The notes under the pieces are model-generated. The model worked only from the letters and a program-made list of their open reading frames with translations, was not told where the DNA came from and searched no databases. The translations under genes and the position numbers were made by a program. A DNA stretch of 54,501 nucleotides, counting the filler, from Barthelona sp. PAP020 (taxonomy: Eukaryota): assembly GCA_040182905.1 (NCBI GenBank). It is 2 parts of 2 records of this genome, joined end to end, with 100 filler letters (N's around TTAATTAATTAA, not from the genome) between each part and the next. Parts side by side here need not be neighbours in the genome. Positions count along the whole stretch, not along the records: positions 1 to 27,399 come from JARQWU010000131.1; positions 27,500 to 54,501 come from JARQWU010000132.1. One strand, 5' to 3'. Of the stretch, positions 21,078 to 30,532 are shown piece by piece. How positions within the stretch are numbered: position 1 is the stretch's first letter; each line of letters opens with the position of its first letter.

Positions 21078-21635
21078 ATGCCATTAACTCCAACAGAATT
21101 AGATTGTCGTTATTGTTTTGAATATTTGAAATATATTTGTAATGATGGTCCTGAACCTAAATTTCCTGAAGAATTGAAAGGAAAATCTGCAGCTTTGTTT
21201 ATTACTTTTAAAAAAGGCCCCAATGAAGATTTAAGGGGTTGTATTGGAACGTTTACTCCAATGCCATTGGAGAAATTGCTTCCTGAATATGTAGTTGCCA
21301 GCTCTCAACACGACCACAGATTTTCTCCGATAAAAAAAGATGAAATAAGTGATTTACATATTACTGTTTCATATTTGGATGAATTTACTGAAAAAGATGA
21401 TATTTATGATTGGGAGATTGGAGTTCATGGAATTATATTGAGATATAGAGGTAGGGGTGCAACTTTTTTGCCTGAAGTTGCGGAAGAACAAGGTTGGGAT
21501 AAAGAAACTACTTTACAACATTTATGTATGAAAGCTGGTATTTATGAATCTCCTCAAACCATTGCAAAAGAAGCTAAGCTTAAAACTTATGTGTCTAATC
21601 GTTGTTCTATGGCATTTGTAGATTGTGGATTGTAA
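21078..21635 (+). CDS. AMMECR1: AMMECR1-family protein
   Basis: LFITFKK, LRGCIGTF, DHRFSPI, DWEIGVHGI and ATFLPEVAEEQGWD. Confidence 0.95.
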   Translation: MPLTPTELDCRYCFEYLKYICNDGPEPKFPEELKGKSAALFITFKKGPNEDLRGCIGTFTPMPLEKLLPEYVVASSQHDHRFSPIKKDEISDLHITVSYLDEFTEKDDIYDWEIGVHGIILRYRGRGATFLPEVAEEQGWDKETTLQHLCMKAGIYESPQTIAKEAKLKTYVSNRCSMAFVDCGL

Positions 21636-21852
21636 AATTGTAAAATTTGAACTTCAAATTGTTTTTTTTACCAAACAAAGGTTTTCTGTTCCTTTTAATA
21701 AACAGAAAATTAGATTTGACCCAATAAAAACAAAAAAAAAAAGGAGGCTAAAATGAATCAAATTTCAAAATGAGATGTTGAAATTGTTGGAAAATATCAA
21801 AAATTTTTTTTGCGATTATTCAAATAAATTTTTGTTTATTCGAAATATTTGC

Positions 21853-23073
21853 ATGGATTCTATGGAAAGAAATGAAATGATACAGAGAAATGTTTGTGAC
21901 ATGACTTCATATGAAATTGATGAAAGTAGTGTGAAGGAAATTGAAGATGTGCTTTTTGATTCAGTGTATGGTTGTTCATATTCACCAGATGGTAAATATT
22001 TAGTGATTAATGGCAATAATACTTTTGGTCGTCTTTATGTTTTTGATGCAGAAAGTATAAAATCAAAGTTTTCTTTGAGAGATCATGTTGAAAATGTTCG
22101 TAACGTTGTCTTTTCACCAAATGGTCAAATGTTGGCCACTTGTTCTGAAGATAATTTCATTGTGATATATAGACTTCCAGATTTTTCCATTTTACATAGG
22201 TTGTGTAACAGTGATGAAGCGAATCTTCCATCAAAAATCGTTGAAATATGCTTTTCTATGTGTTCCAATCATGTCTATTCGACCGATTATAGTGGATGTC
22301 TCAAGAAATGGGATATTAGCACTGAAAGTGTTGTTTTAGAAAAAACGTTAGAAAAGAACAATTTTTGGAGGCTTTGGTGTTCCCCTGATGGTCAACATCT
22401 TTTGACTTCCTGTGTTAATTATGGAGTGAAATTAGTGGATTCTGAAAATTTTGCTATTCATTCATTAAATTACAATGGACCAACTGAAGCTTTCGATTTT
22501 CATCCCACCAAAAAAATTGTGGCTATTTTTGATCAATTCAAACAAGTCAACATGTGGGACATGAATGACGGATCGCTTCTTCACACTGCTAAAATGGATA
22601 AAAGAGCACGTGCTCTTCGTTTCATGACACCAACCATGATGGTTCTTATGTATGATGATGGGAATATTACCTCATACAATGTGGATAGCTTTCAAGAGAT
22701 TCAGAATGTTCAAAGTGGCTGTGATGGTATTTGGTTTTCTTTTGCTATATCCCCTGATAAGAGACAGTTGGCATGTGGAAAATGTGTGAACAATTCAATC
22801 AAGGTGTATTCAATCGTACCCCAATATGATCCTTCTGAGAAATCCCAACTCATTGAATTGTCAAAAGATGATGGTGGAGTTTTATCGAACCTTATTGCTT
22901 TAAATTTGAAAACTCAAGATCTCAGACAAATGGTAGCTGAAGGGGTTTGCATGAATCAAAAGGAGTATAATATGATTGTTGACACATGTTGGGACTTAGT
23001 TGACATTAACGAAAGTAATGGTGGTAATATGCACGCTTTTGTGAATGAACAAAGTGATGATGACGAAGAATAG
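21853..23073 (+). CDS. WD40 beta-propeller protein, lineage-specific family (paralogue A)
   Basis: Repeats YSPDGK, FSPNGQMLATCSED, LKKWD, FHPT...MWD and ISPDK. The start at 21853 was chosen by alignment with the paralogue at 49398. Confidence 0.88.
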   Translation: MDSMERNEMIQRNVCDMTSYEIDESSVKEIEDVLFDSVYGCSYSPDGKYLVINGNNTFGRLYVFDAESIKSKFSLRDHVENVRNVVFSPNGQMLATCSEDNFIVIYRLPDFSILHRLCNSDEANLPSKIVEICFSMCSNHVYSTDYSGCLKKWDISTESVVLEKTLEKNNFWRLWCSPDGQHLLTSCVNYGVKLVDSENFAIHSLNYNGPTEAFDFHPTKKIVAIFDQFKQVNMWDMNDGSLLHTAKMDKRARALRFMTPTMMVLMYDDGNITSYNVDSFQEIQNVQSGCDGIWFSFAISPDKRQLACGKCVNNSIKVYSIVPQYDPSEKSQLIELSKDDGGVLSNLIALNLKTQDLRQMVAEGVCMNQKEYNMIVDTCWDLVDINESNGGNMHAFVNEQSDDDEE

Positions 23074-23415
23074 GGAATAGATATGTTCTGCTATGTATTG
23101 GTATCTGCAAACACTTTTGATCATGAATGACAACTTGGATTTCTCCCTCCATTGATTGATTACTGTTTTTCAATGTTCTTTTTGATCATCTTGTTTGAAG
23201 TTGTGTTTTCAGTTTGATAAATTAATTTGCGTTATATTTTTTATTTGTTACAAGACCTTGTTGATTTCTTTCTCTTAACCTTTGAAACCTTTTTTTAATG
23301 TTGTTCATTGAATGATTGACAAAAATAAAAACAAAATCACTTCATTTATAAAAAAAACTTCATGAAATCCGCATCAATTTTCAAAAAATTTTATATAATA
23401 AAAATTTGGTATTTT

Positions 23416-24621
23416 TCAATTGGATGCACTGGAATATGCATTAAAAACTTCAGAACCGAAAATTTGAACAGTTCTTTTTCCATCATTATCCTCACAAAAA
23501 CGTAAACCAATGGCATGAACAGTTCCTAAACCAGTAGCTTCAATAATGTTTTGGAAAGTCAAATCAGAAGACAAATCAACACTAGTCAACAAATTCCAAT
23601 AATCACGATGAGGTTTATCGGGATGATTTGTGTTAACAACAAACTCTTCAACCAATTGATGAGGACGAACTGAAACCTGAACAAATTGATTACCAGAAAT
23701 GTCGTCAATGAAGATCCTCAAGTTGTGTTCGGCAATAAATTCATCAAACAAATCGATCATCTTGTCTTTGAATTCAGAAACAGCCTCAGTCTTGACACTG
23801 GCTGTGAAGGGAGAATTCATGTAGAATTGCTTACAACTTAGTTGAATGGGAAGCATTTCAGTGGTCTCAACTTCAGAAGAAACCATATCAGCAGAGAATG
23901 AGAAGATCATTCCATCCAAAACAGTGGTTAATCTCAACCAAGCAGAAGTGTGATGAGGCCAATTTTGTTTAATCATAAGACCAACAGCAACTCTTAGCAA
24001 GAAAGAATCCTTGATAATTTTTTCCGAATATAATTGGTATTGGAAGGCAGAAGGTTGCACAGTAACATAAAAACTTTTAGAATTGTTTGCACTAAATAAA
24101 ACGCCTTTTGCAGTGAATCTTTCTTCATATGAATGTTGGCCTTGAAAGTCAACGGTTAATTCTCCAGGATAATAGGGGATTTCATCATCAAATATAGCCT
24201 TATATAATAAGTGATGATATTTGCGCAAACCAAATTCTGCAGCTTGTTCAGACAATCTGTCTAATTCGGTCATTAAGGGCTCACAATTTAAGATAATTTC
24301 ACGAGAATTGGGAATTAAAAGCATGAAAAATGCTATATCATTCAAAATAATAGCAGGTCTGGTTCCAGAATGATCAAAAACTATGGTTTTAAAAAAAGAC
24401 TCAACAGAAATAGGATCAGATAACTTAAAATTATTTAAGTTACGTAATCTGATGCCACCATCAGGACAAATAAAATCTTTGTCCAAACAATCATCATGAA
24501 CTTTCTCTAAAGCTTCAGCGTATGTTAAATTTTGAACTTCAGATTGATAATTGAACACAGTATGTTTTGGGCGTTTGCTTCCAGCTTTAAACCAAGATTT
24601 CTTCTGTCCACCTCTATTCAT
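23416..24621 (-). CDS. Hypothetical globular protein, 401 aa
   Basis: Long ORF with ordinary composition and ATTCAAATG start context; no family recognised. Confidence 0.8.
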   Translation of the reverse strand: MNRGGQKKSWFKAGSKRPKHTVFNYQSEVQNLTYAEALEKVHDDCLDKDFICPDGGIRLRNLNNFKLSDPISVESFFKTIVFDHSGTRPAIILNDIAFFMLLIPNSREIILNCEPLMTELDRLSEQAAEFGLRKYHHLLYKAIFDDEIPYYPGELTVDFQGQHSYEERFTAKGVLFSANNSKSFYVTVQPSAFQYQLYSEKIIKDSFLLRVAVGLMIKQNWPHHTSAWLRLTTVLDGMIFSFSADMVSSEVETTEMLPIQLSCKQFYMNSPFTASVKTEAVSEFKDKMIDLFDEFIAEHNLRIFIDDISGNQFVQVSVRPHQLVEEFVVNTNHPDKPHRDYWNLLTSVDLSSDLTFQNIIEATGLGTVHAIGLRFCEDNDGKRTVQIFGSEVFNAYSSASN

Positions 24622-24922
24622 TTGAATGTCTTAAAAGGAAAAAATATAATGAAAAATACAAATTTTTTATTTGTTTTGTTGTTACTATTTTCCTGAAATA
24701 CAACTTAAAAATTAATAATTGAACATTTTTTCAAATAAAACAAAAAATAAGTTTTTTAATAATCAATTTATCTTCGGCTTTTTTAAATTTTGTCATTGTT
24801 CACAGAATAAATGATAAAAAATTCACTTCATACTAATTTGCAAAAAAAAAATGACAAAAAATATGAATCCCTTTTCTTGATAAGGATTGAATTCCTTGTT
24901 ATTGGCACTGTTATTGATTAAA

Positions 24923-25334
24923 ATGCTATTTAGTGGTTTGTTTGAAATTTGAGGTTGAATTGAATGAATCCAAGACCAAAAATAATACTTTCTAATTATA
25001 ATTTTTTTTTGTAGTTATCAAATATAACCACCACTTCAGCACGATGAACACAAGCCAAACACAATATAGCCCTTCTATTACTGATTCTTCACAATTACCT
25101 GGCCTTGTTACTGATTCTATTAAGAAAGTTGGTTCTGGGGTTAAAAAAAGCATGTTTTGGGCTGGTGAAAAATTAGCATGGTATTTAGGGATTACCAAAT
25201 CAAGATATCAATTTGAATTGGATATGAATCAACTGGAAGAATCTGTTCTTAGAAATAGAAAGCGTCATGAAGCTAATGTAAAACTAGAAAAACAAACACA
25301 GCAGATTTTTAAGGATCCTAATTGTCAATTATAA
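24923..25334 (+). CDS. FAM177-like protein; either starts at 25044 or is join(24923..24935,25015..25334)
   Basis: WAGEKLAWYLGITKSRYQFELD resembles the FAM177 core (FLGEKIASVLGISTPKYQYAID), followed by a charged helix. Confidence 0.7.
24936..25014 (+). other. Candidate 79-nt intron (GTTTGT donor, CTAAT branch-like site, T9 tract, TAG acceptor)
   Basis: A phase-1 splice joins ATG CTA TTT AGT G in frame to the FAM177-like ORF. Confidence 0.5.
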
Positions 25335-25701
25335 TTTTTGATCCTTCTGATTTTCAATTCAACGTATTTTTTTTGTATTTGTGGGTCATAACACAGATAT
25401 TTTCATAAATTTTCTTTTGTTTTATCTTTGGTAAAAAATATTTTAGTTCAAAGGTTGTTTTTGAACAAAAGAAATTTATAGTTTAACATGACCAATTTTA
25501 ATGAACCGTAACATTCACAAAGAAAACAGATTTTTTGAAATTTACAATATATATCAAAGTGTTTGACAATTTCTAAATTTTGTTTTCACTTTGAACACAA
25601 AAATTAATATCAATTTTGTTCATGAAAAAAGAAAAATTTTTAAATTTTTATTTTGTGAAAATTTATTTATATATATGCAACGTAAATACATCAAATACAT
25701 T

Positions 25702-26247
25702 CTATCTAGCATTTGATGACAAATATCTTAATACTTCGTCAATATTGGTTTGATTTTGACAAGATATGGAATAATAAGCAACTGTTCTGTCTTGAATCGA
25801 ATCGAGTTCTAATTCTGAAACAATTTTTTTCAAAGGAACATGTTCTTTCAAATCGTTTTTATTTGCCAATATTAATAATGAAATTCCAGCCAGACTTTCT
25901 TTGGATAATAAATTGTTTATTTCTTCCTTCGCATTGGGAAAATTGTATGGATCTGCGGAATCAATCATAAAAATTATGATATCAGTGCCTTTACAGAAAC
26001 GTTCCCAACTTTTTCTGAAACGATACTGTCCACCAATGTCCCAAAATTTAAAACTAACACCTCCTCTATTATATCTAGATACTTCAAAACCAACTGTTGG
26101 CATTTGATCATCAGTAAAAGTGCCACCGGATACAACTTGTACAAAAGTCGATTTGCCTGACCTTGGCAACCCAACCAATGAAATCTCTAACTCTTGGTTA
26201 AAAAAGATGCTCCTTAACCATTCAAGAATTCGATCGAAAAATCCCAT
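25702..26247 (-). CDS. ARL8: Arf-like small GTPase ARL8
   Basis: N-terminal helix ILEWLRSIFFNQELEISLVGL, P-loop GLPRSGKST, MPTVGF, WDIGGQYRFR, NKND and YSISC. Confidence 0.93.
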   Translation of the reverse strand: MGFFDRILEWLRSIFFNQELEISLVGLPRSGKSTFVQVVSGGTFTDDQMPTVGFEVSRYNRGGVSFKFWDIGGQYRFRKSWERFCKGTDIIIFMIDSADPYNFPNAKEEINNLLSKESLAGISLLILANKNDLKEHVPLKKIVSELELDSIQDRTVAYYSISCQNQTNIDEVLRYLSSNAR

Positions 26248-26513
26248 TTGAAAAAAAAAAATATTCAGATAAATTCAATAAATTTGGAAGAATTAACTCT
26301 CAAATTACTTAATTTTTTATTAATATGATGCTATTGAATCTGAATTTCTGTATAATTTAAACATAAAATCTCGAACACAGAATTTTAATGAATTTATTTG
26401 ACAATTATTAGTATACATTTTTACTCTAAAGAATTTTGAAATCAACTTTATTTCTATTTGCTTCCAAGCTATTAAAATTTTTTTCTTTGGTTTATTTTTT
26501 TTAATTAAAAAAG

Positions 26514-27122
26514 ATGTTATCAGAATCTGCAATGAACAAACTCATTGAATTGAGAATGCAGGCCAAACAATTGGAAAGGTTATCTGCGAAATCGGAAAAA
26601 GAATCCAAAAAAATGAAAAAAAAAGTTCAAAAAGCGATGCAAGATGGAAACAGAGAAATTGCAAGAATTCATGCTGAATCTGCCATTATGAAGCACAATG
26701 AATCTGTTAAGTTTTTGAAGTTATCTGCTCAGATTGATGCAGTTCATTCCAGATTAAAATCTGTGGCTGTCACATCACAAATTAGTAAACAAATGGAACA
26801 AGTTACTGGTACGTTAATTAAAGCTGCCAAACAATTAGATGTTGAAAAGGTTGAGTTGACCATGAGCAAATTCACTGAGGCTTTTGATAATTTGGAAGTC
26901 ACCACTGGTGTTATGGATATGTCTTTGGACACTGTATCTACTCCTCAAAGTACTGCTGTTGATAGTCTTTTGGATGATATTGAAGCTGAAATGAGAATGG
27001 AATCCATGGAAAAAATGGGAGCTTCAAACATCAATCTTCAAAATAATGAAATTATTTCAAACAATGCAAACAATGTATCAAATCCTGCAAAAAGAACTGT
27101 TATTGATCTTGATGGTTTGTAA
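26514..27122 (+). CDS. CHMP1: ESCRT-III subunit CHMP1/Did2/Vps46
   Basis: LIELRMQAKQLERLSAKSEKE, GNREIARIHAESAI, LKLSAQIDAVHSRL and STPQSTAVDSLL. Confidence 0.9.
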   Translation: MLSESAMNKLIELRMQAKQLERLSAKSEKESKKMKKKVQKAMQDGNREIARIHAESAIMKHNESVKFLKLSAQIDAVHSRLKSVAVTSQISKQMEQVTGTLIKAAKQLDVEKVELTMSKFTEAFDNLEVTTGVMDMSLDTVSTPQSTAVDSLLDDIEAEMRMESMEKMGASNINLQNNEIISNNANNVSNPAKRTVIDLDGL

Positions 27123-27207
27123 TTTTAAACATAAATATCTTCTTTCATGATTCGTTCAAAATCAGATTTTTTTTTTTTTAATTTTCTCATTGAAACAAGA
27201 GAATTAC

Positions 27208-27399
27208 ATGAAAATAATAGAATTAAATGATGATCGGCAGAGAACAACCTTTAACTCTTTGTCAAGTCAATCTAGAAAACAAAATTCATCTTTGTATCAA
27301 GAATTAATTGAAAATGAACAAACCAAATTATCTACAAGCAAAAAACCATATCAATTAATCATAAAACCCATCAATGTTTGTTGTAGACTCAGACCGATA
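27208..27399 (+). CDS. 5' fragment of a probable kinesin, truncated by the contig end
   Basis: The frame ends in PINVCCRLRPI, matching the I-x-V-x-x-R-x-R-P motif that opens kinesin motor domains. Only this one motif is visible. Confidence 0.6.
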
Positions 27400-27499
27400 N
27401 NNNNNNNNNNNNNNNNNNNNNNNNNNNNNNNNNNNNNNNNNNNTTAATTAATTAANNNNNNNNNNNNNNNNNNNNNNNNNNNNNNNNNNNNNNNNNNNN
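27400..27499. other. Artificial 100-bp contig spacer: N44-TTAATTAATTAA-N44
   Basis: Symmetric N runs surround a 12-mer (27444-27455) that gives stops in all six frames, typical of contig concatenation. Confidence 0.95.
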
Positions 27500-27501
27500 A
27501 A

Positions 27502-27551
27502 GTTTATTTGGTTAAGAACAATGGGCCTCGAAAGCCTTTAACCAAATAAAC
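27502..27551. repeat. Perfect 14-bp inverted repeat (GTTTATTTGGTTAA / TTAACCAAATAAAC) around a 22-nt loop
   Basis: Arms at 27502-27515 and 27538-27551, read directly. Confidence 0.85.
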
Positions 27552-27596
27552 ACTATTCTTTCTTATTCACTCATACGCACAGTGCTTCTTGGCTTG
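27522..27596 (+). repeat. Dispersed repeat B, copy 1
   Basis: Ungapped match of 62/75 nt to 51373-51447 (43/48 in the 3' part), counted by hand. Confidence 0.85.
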
Positions 27597-27938
27597 GAAA
27601 TAAATTAACTCATTGTTGGCTGATATTGTTTAAAATGATAAACAAAATGAAACCCATCTAGAAGTCAATAATTTGAAAGTGTATTTTTATGAATCATGTA
27701 AAGAAAGAAAGAAAAATTACAAATACTTTAAAAAAAAACAAGAGAATATTTAAAATTTACTCATTTTCGTTGAATGAAATAAAGCAAAGAATTTTTCTTT
27801 TTCTGTTTTTCAATTCTTTGTTTAGACAAGGTTGGATGTTAAAAAAAAAGCTAAAAAATAAACAAACTCGACAACAAAACGAGTTTGTAACAAAACAACT
27901 TAGAACATCTTATTCACTCCAAAATTTAAATTAAGTTT

Positions 27939-28259
27939 CTAATTGCATTTAATATCATAAGAATCTAAAATTTGAAAAAGTGTATCCAATGAATCTTCAA
28001 CATTTACATTATATTTTCCTTTTTCATTCCCGTATTTATCATAAAATTCGATATTTGGTCCTATTGGCCCTTTTACAAGTTTTACATTACTACATTGTCG
28101 ATAACCCCATCTTCTAAACTCATTAAATCCAACATATTTTTGTAAACGACATGGACATGGATAATTGACAATAGCTTTTCCAGAATATTCTGTATTTTTT
28201 TCACATGATGTCAAAATTAACATAAATACAAAGAATATTACAAAAAAACACAATTTCAT
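27939..28259 (-). CDS. Sep15/SELENOF-SelM-like thioredoxin-fold protein, Cys form (CxC)
   Basis: Signal peptide, then KAIVNYPCPCRLQKYVGFNEF (compare SELENOF AILEVCGUKLGRFPQVQAF) and VKGPIGPNIEFYDKYGN (compare VRGSDPVLKLLDDNGN). Confidence 0.68.
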   Translation of the reverse strand: MKLCFFVIFFVFMLILTSCEKNTEYSGKAIVNYPCPCRLQKYVGFNEFRRWGYRQCSNVKLVKGPIGPNIEFYDKYGNEKGKYNVNVEDSLDTLFQILDSYDIKCN

Positions 28260-28433
28260 GAATAGAAAAAAAAGAAGAGCAGTTTAAAAAGAATTTATCT
28301 TTTGTAATATATTAAGTAATTGCTTATAAGTTGAAAGAATTATTTAAAATAAGGAAGAATAATAGAAAGAATCAACAATAATAAAATAAAAGTTTGTTTC
28401 AAACCTAATTTTTTGAACTGTATCTTTGCGAAA

Positions 28434-28925
28434 ATGAGTATTTCACAACAACATTTTGATCCAAGTGCACCATTATCGATTCAAAAAGTTAAAGAAGAAG
28501 TTACACAAGCTTTGACCTCTGGAAATTTATTATCCATAGGTCAATGTAAAAATGTTGTGCGAAGAATATTAAGAAGTATTTCAGCTGATGCAAGGACTGA
28601 TTTTTCTCAGATTTTATTTTTGGATGAATATAGGCGTACTTTGTCTTTATATAAAGATTTTGAAGTGAGGGAGGAAATTCAAAAATTTGAACAAAAAATA
28701 GAAGAACAAGGAACTAATGTTTTGAATTATTTCAAGAATTTAAATTTTATGAATGAAGAAAAAGATTCAAAAGTTAAGTTTAATAAGATTTTGATCCAAG
28801 TTCATCAAGCTATCTTGGCTTTATTTGATTGTAGTGAAGATTTGAGAAAAGAAAGATTAGAGTTGATAGAATTAATGGTTAAAGAACTTGAAAAACATGG
28901 TCAAATCATACCTGCAGATTTCTAA
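28434..28925 (+). CDS. Hypothetical all-helical protein, about 163 aa
   Basis: Open frame from the first ATG at 28434, with amphipathic helices. Confidence 0.7.
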   Translation: MSISQQHFDPSAPLSIQKVKEEVTQALTSGNLLSIGQCKNVVRRILRSISADARTDFSQILFLDEYRRTLSLYKDFEVREEIQKFEQKIEEQGTNVLNYFKNLNFMNEEKDSKVKFNKILIQVHQAILALFDCSEDLRKERLELIELMVKELEKHGQIIPADF

Positions 28926-29230
28926 ATGTGTAAAAATTTGTTATTTTTATCTTTTTTTCAACATTTGTTGTTTGAGAAGAATCATATTTCAAAAATGGGA
29001 ACCAGAGGTGAAAAATTGCCATACTCAACTTTATGACTACTTTTATGGAATTGGAAAGCTCTTTCATTTTCTTTTGTCTTAAAATATCAATCTTTGACAA
29101 TTTCATTCAAATTATTCAGTTATTTTTGAAATTTGAAAAATGGAATTGAATTTCCTTCATATTTTCAGTCCCAATTGAAAAATAAAGAGTCATATTTATT
29201 GATTTAAAAAAATAATGTGTAAAATACTGT

Positions 29231-30280
29231 TTATTCAACTTTTTCTAAAGTTTCTTTTAAAGCTATATGCTTTTTTTGGCTACTTTTATTTTGACTATAT
29301 AATAACAAACCGATGGTGACAAAAATCAAGGCGAACAATTTAGAAATTGAAAAACATTGATTGGAATCTCTATCACAAAATGACAGACCAGAAACAACAA
29401 ATACGATGCAAGTTTGAGCAGCTTTCAACACACCTGTTGTTGTGGATCCAACACGATCTATCAACAAAAAGAAAAATGCTGCATGCACACAATCCCAAAC
29501 AAACAAGACTCCATACAATATTCCGACCGTTGTTAATGAACTTCCATTTTCTTTTATTGGATCAAAAAAGAAATCGTCAATTTTTGGTAAAGTATACACC
29601 ACAATTGTGATGAATAATGAAAATGAAGCGCTTTGTCCAACCATACCAGCGACTTTTAAAGGTGGAGGTTTCATATCTTTTTGGAAAAAATCATACAGAA
29701 CATATGTACTTGAATGTAAAACAACACCAATCATAATAAGGATCGAACCCAGTAAAGCGCTTTCATTGCTAGAATCTGTAAAGAATCCTTGTATTCCCAA
29801 ACCAAAAACAATGACAAACACACCAGTCCATTGAGATTTATTCAATTTTCTATCTACAAAAATATAAGCTAGTATTGCAACAAAAGCAGTAACAGAGGCA
29901 TATAATGTTGAATAAATACCAGATCCAGCTATTAATTGTCCAGACATACATAGAGTTTGAGCAACTGCATCAAGAATTGCAACTATTGATATCTTTATCC
30001 AAAGTGAAAGTGGGTATTTTTTGTTGTTTATTTTTAACGAATCGTTGATTAGAGGAGTATCTTCAGATAAAAGAGATTCGGTTGATTTAAGTTTTTTTTT
30101 ACGGCTGACATTGATATAGTGTACTAAAAGAAGCAAATACTGAGATAAAAAATTGGTAAATGGCATAAAAAATGTTTTTGGATTGCCAGCTCCTTGATAT
30201 TTCAATACTTGAGATGTCAGGGGTTGAAAACATCCACTCAAAAGAAATAATGCAATGTATGTAATCGTTATAGTATCCAT
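29231..30280 (-). CDS. DMT-superfamily / SLC35F-like transporter with about 10 TM helices
   Basis: About 10 hydrophobic segments; AILDAVAQTL, GSGIYSTLYASVTAFVAILAYIFVDRKL and GSTTTGVLK. Confidence 0.85.
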   Translation of the reverse strand: MDTITITYIALFLLSGCFQPLTSQVLKYQGAGNPKTFFMPFTNFLSQYLLLLVHYINVSRKKKLKSTESLLSEDTPLINDSLKINNKKYPLSLWIKISIVAILDAVAQTLCMSGQLIAGSGIYSTLYASVTAFVAILAYIFVDRKLNKSQWTGVFVIVFGLGIQGFFTDSSNESALLGSILIMIGVVLHSSTYVLYDFFQKDMKPPPLKVAGMVGQSASFSLFITIVVYTLPKIDDFFFDPIKENGSSLTTVGILYGVLFVWDCVHAAFFFLLIDRVGSTTTGVLKAAQTCIVFVVSGLSFCDRDSNQCFSISKLFALIFVTIGLLLYSQNKSSQKKHIALKETLEKVE

Positions 30281-30532
30281 ATTTGATATAAAAAAAAATT
30301 AGAAATTTGAATTCAAAACAATTTTGATTTATTGTACATTCAGAGTTAGTGTAAGTTCGAAAATAATATTATATTGATCAAAAGGGTTGTTTATGTGCAA
30401 TAGAGTTTTTTTTTTCTGATCTTAATCATTTATTATTATTATCAAGTGTAAAGGCAATGATTAGTAAGTTTGAAAAAATCGAACATCATTTCCAAAAATA
30501 TCAATTCATTTTCTCTTGTTTTTAAAGAGTTG

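Noticed and set aside
27147..27207. Possible in-frame intron upstream of the kinesin fragment (GTTCAA...AAG)
   Set aside because: The donor is weak and the intron is not needed. It shows that in-frame GT-AG pairs arise by chance in AT-rich DNA.
27689..27934. Short K/N/F-rich ORFs in spacers (also 19990, 26320, 50638 and 51397)
   Set aside because: Their composition reflects A/T tracts and they contain no protein motifs.
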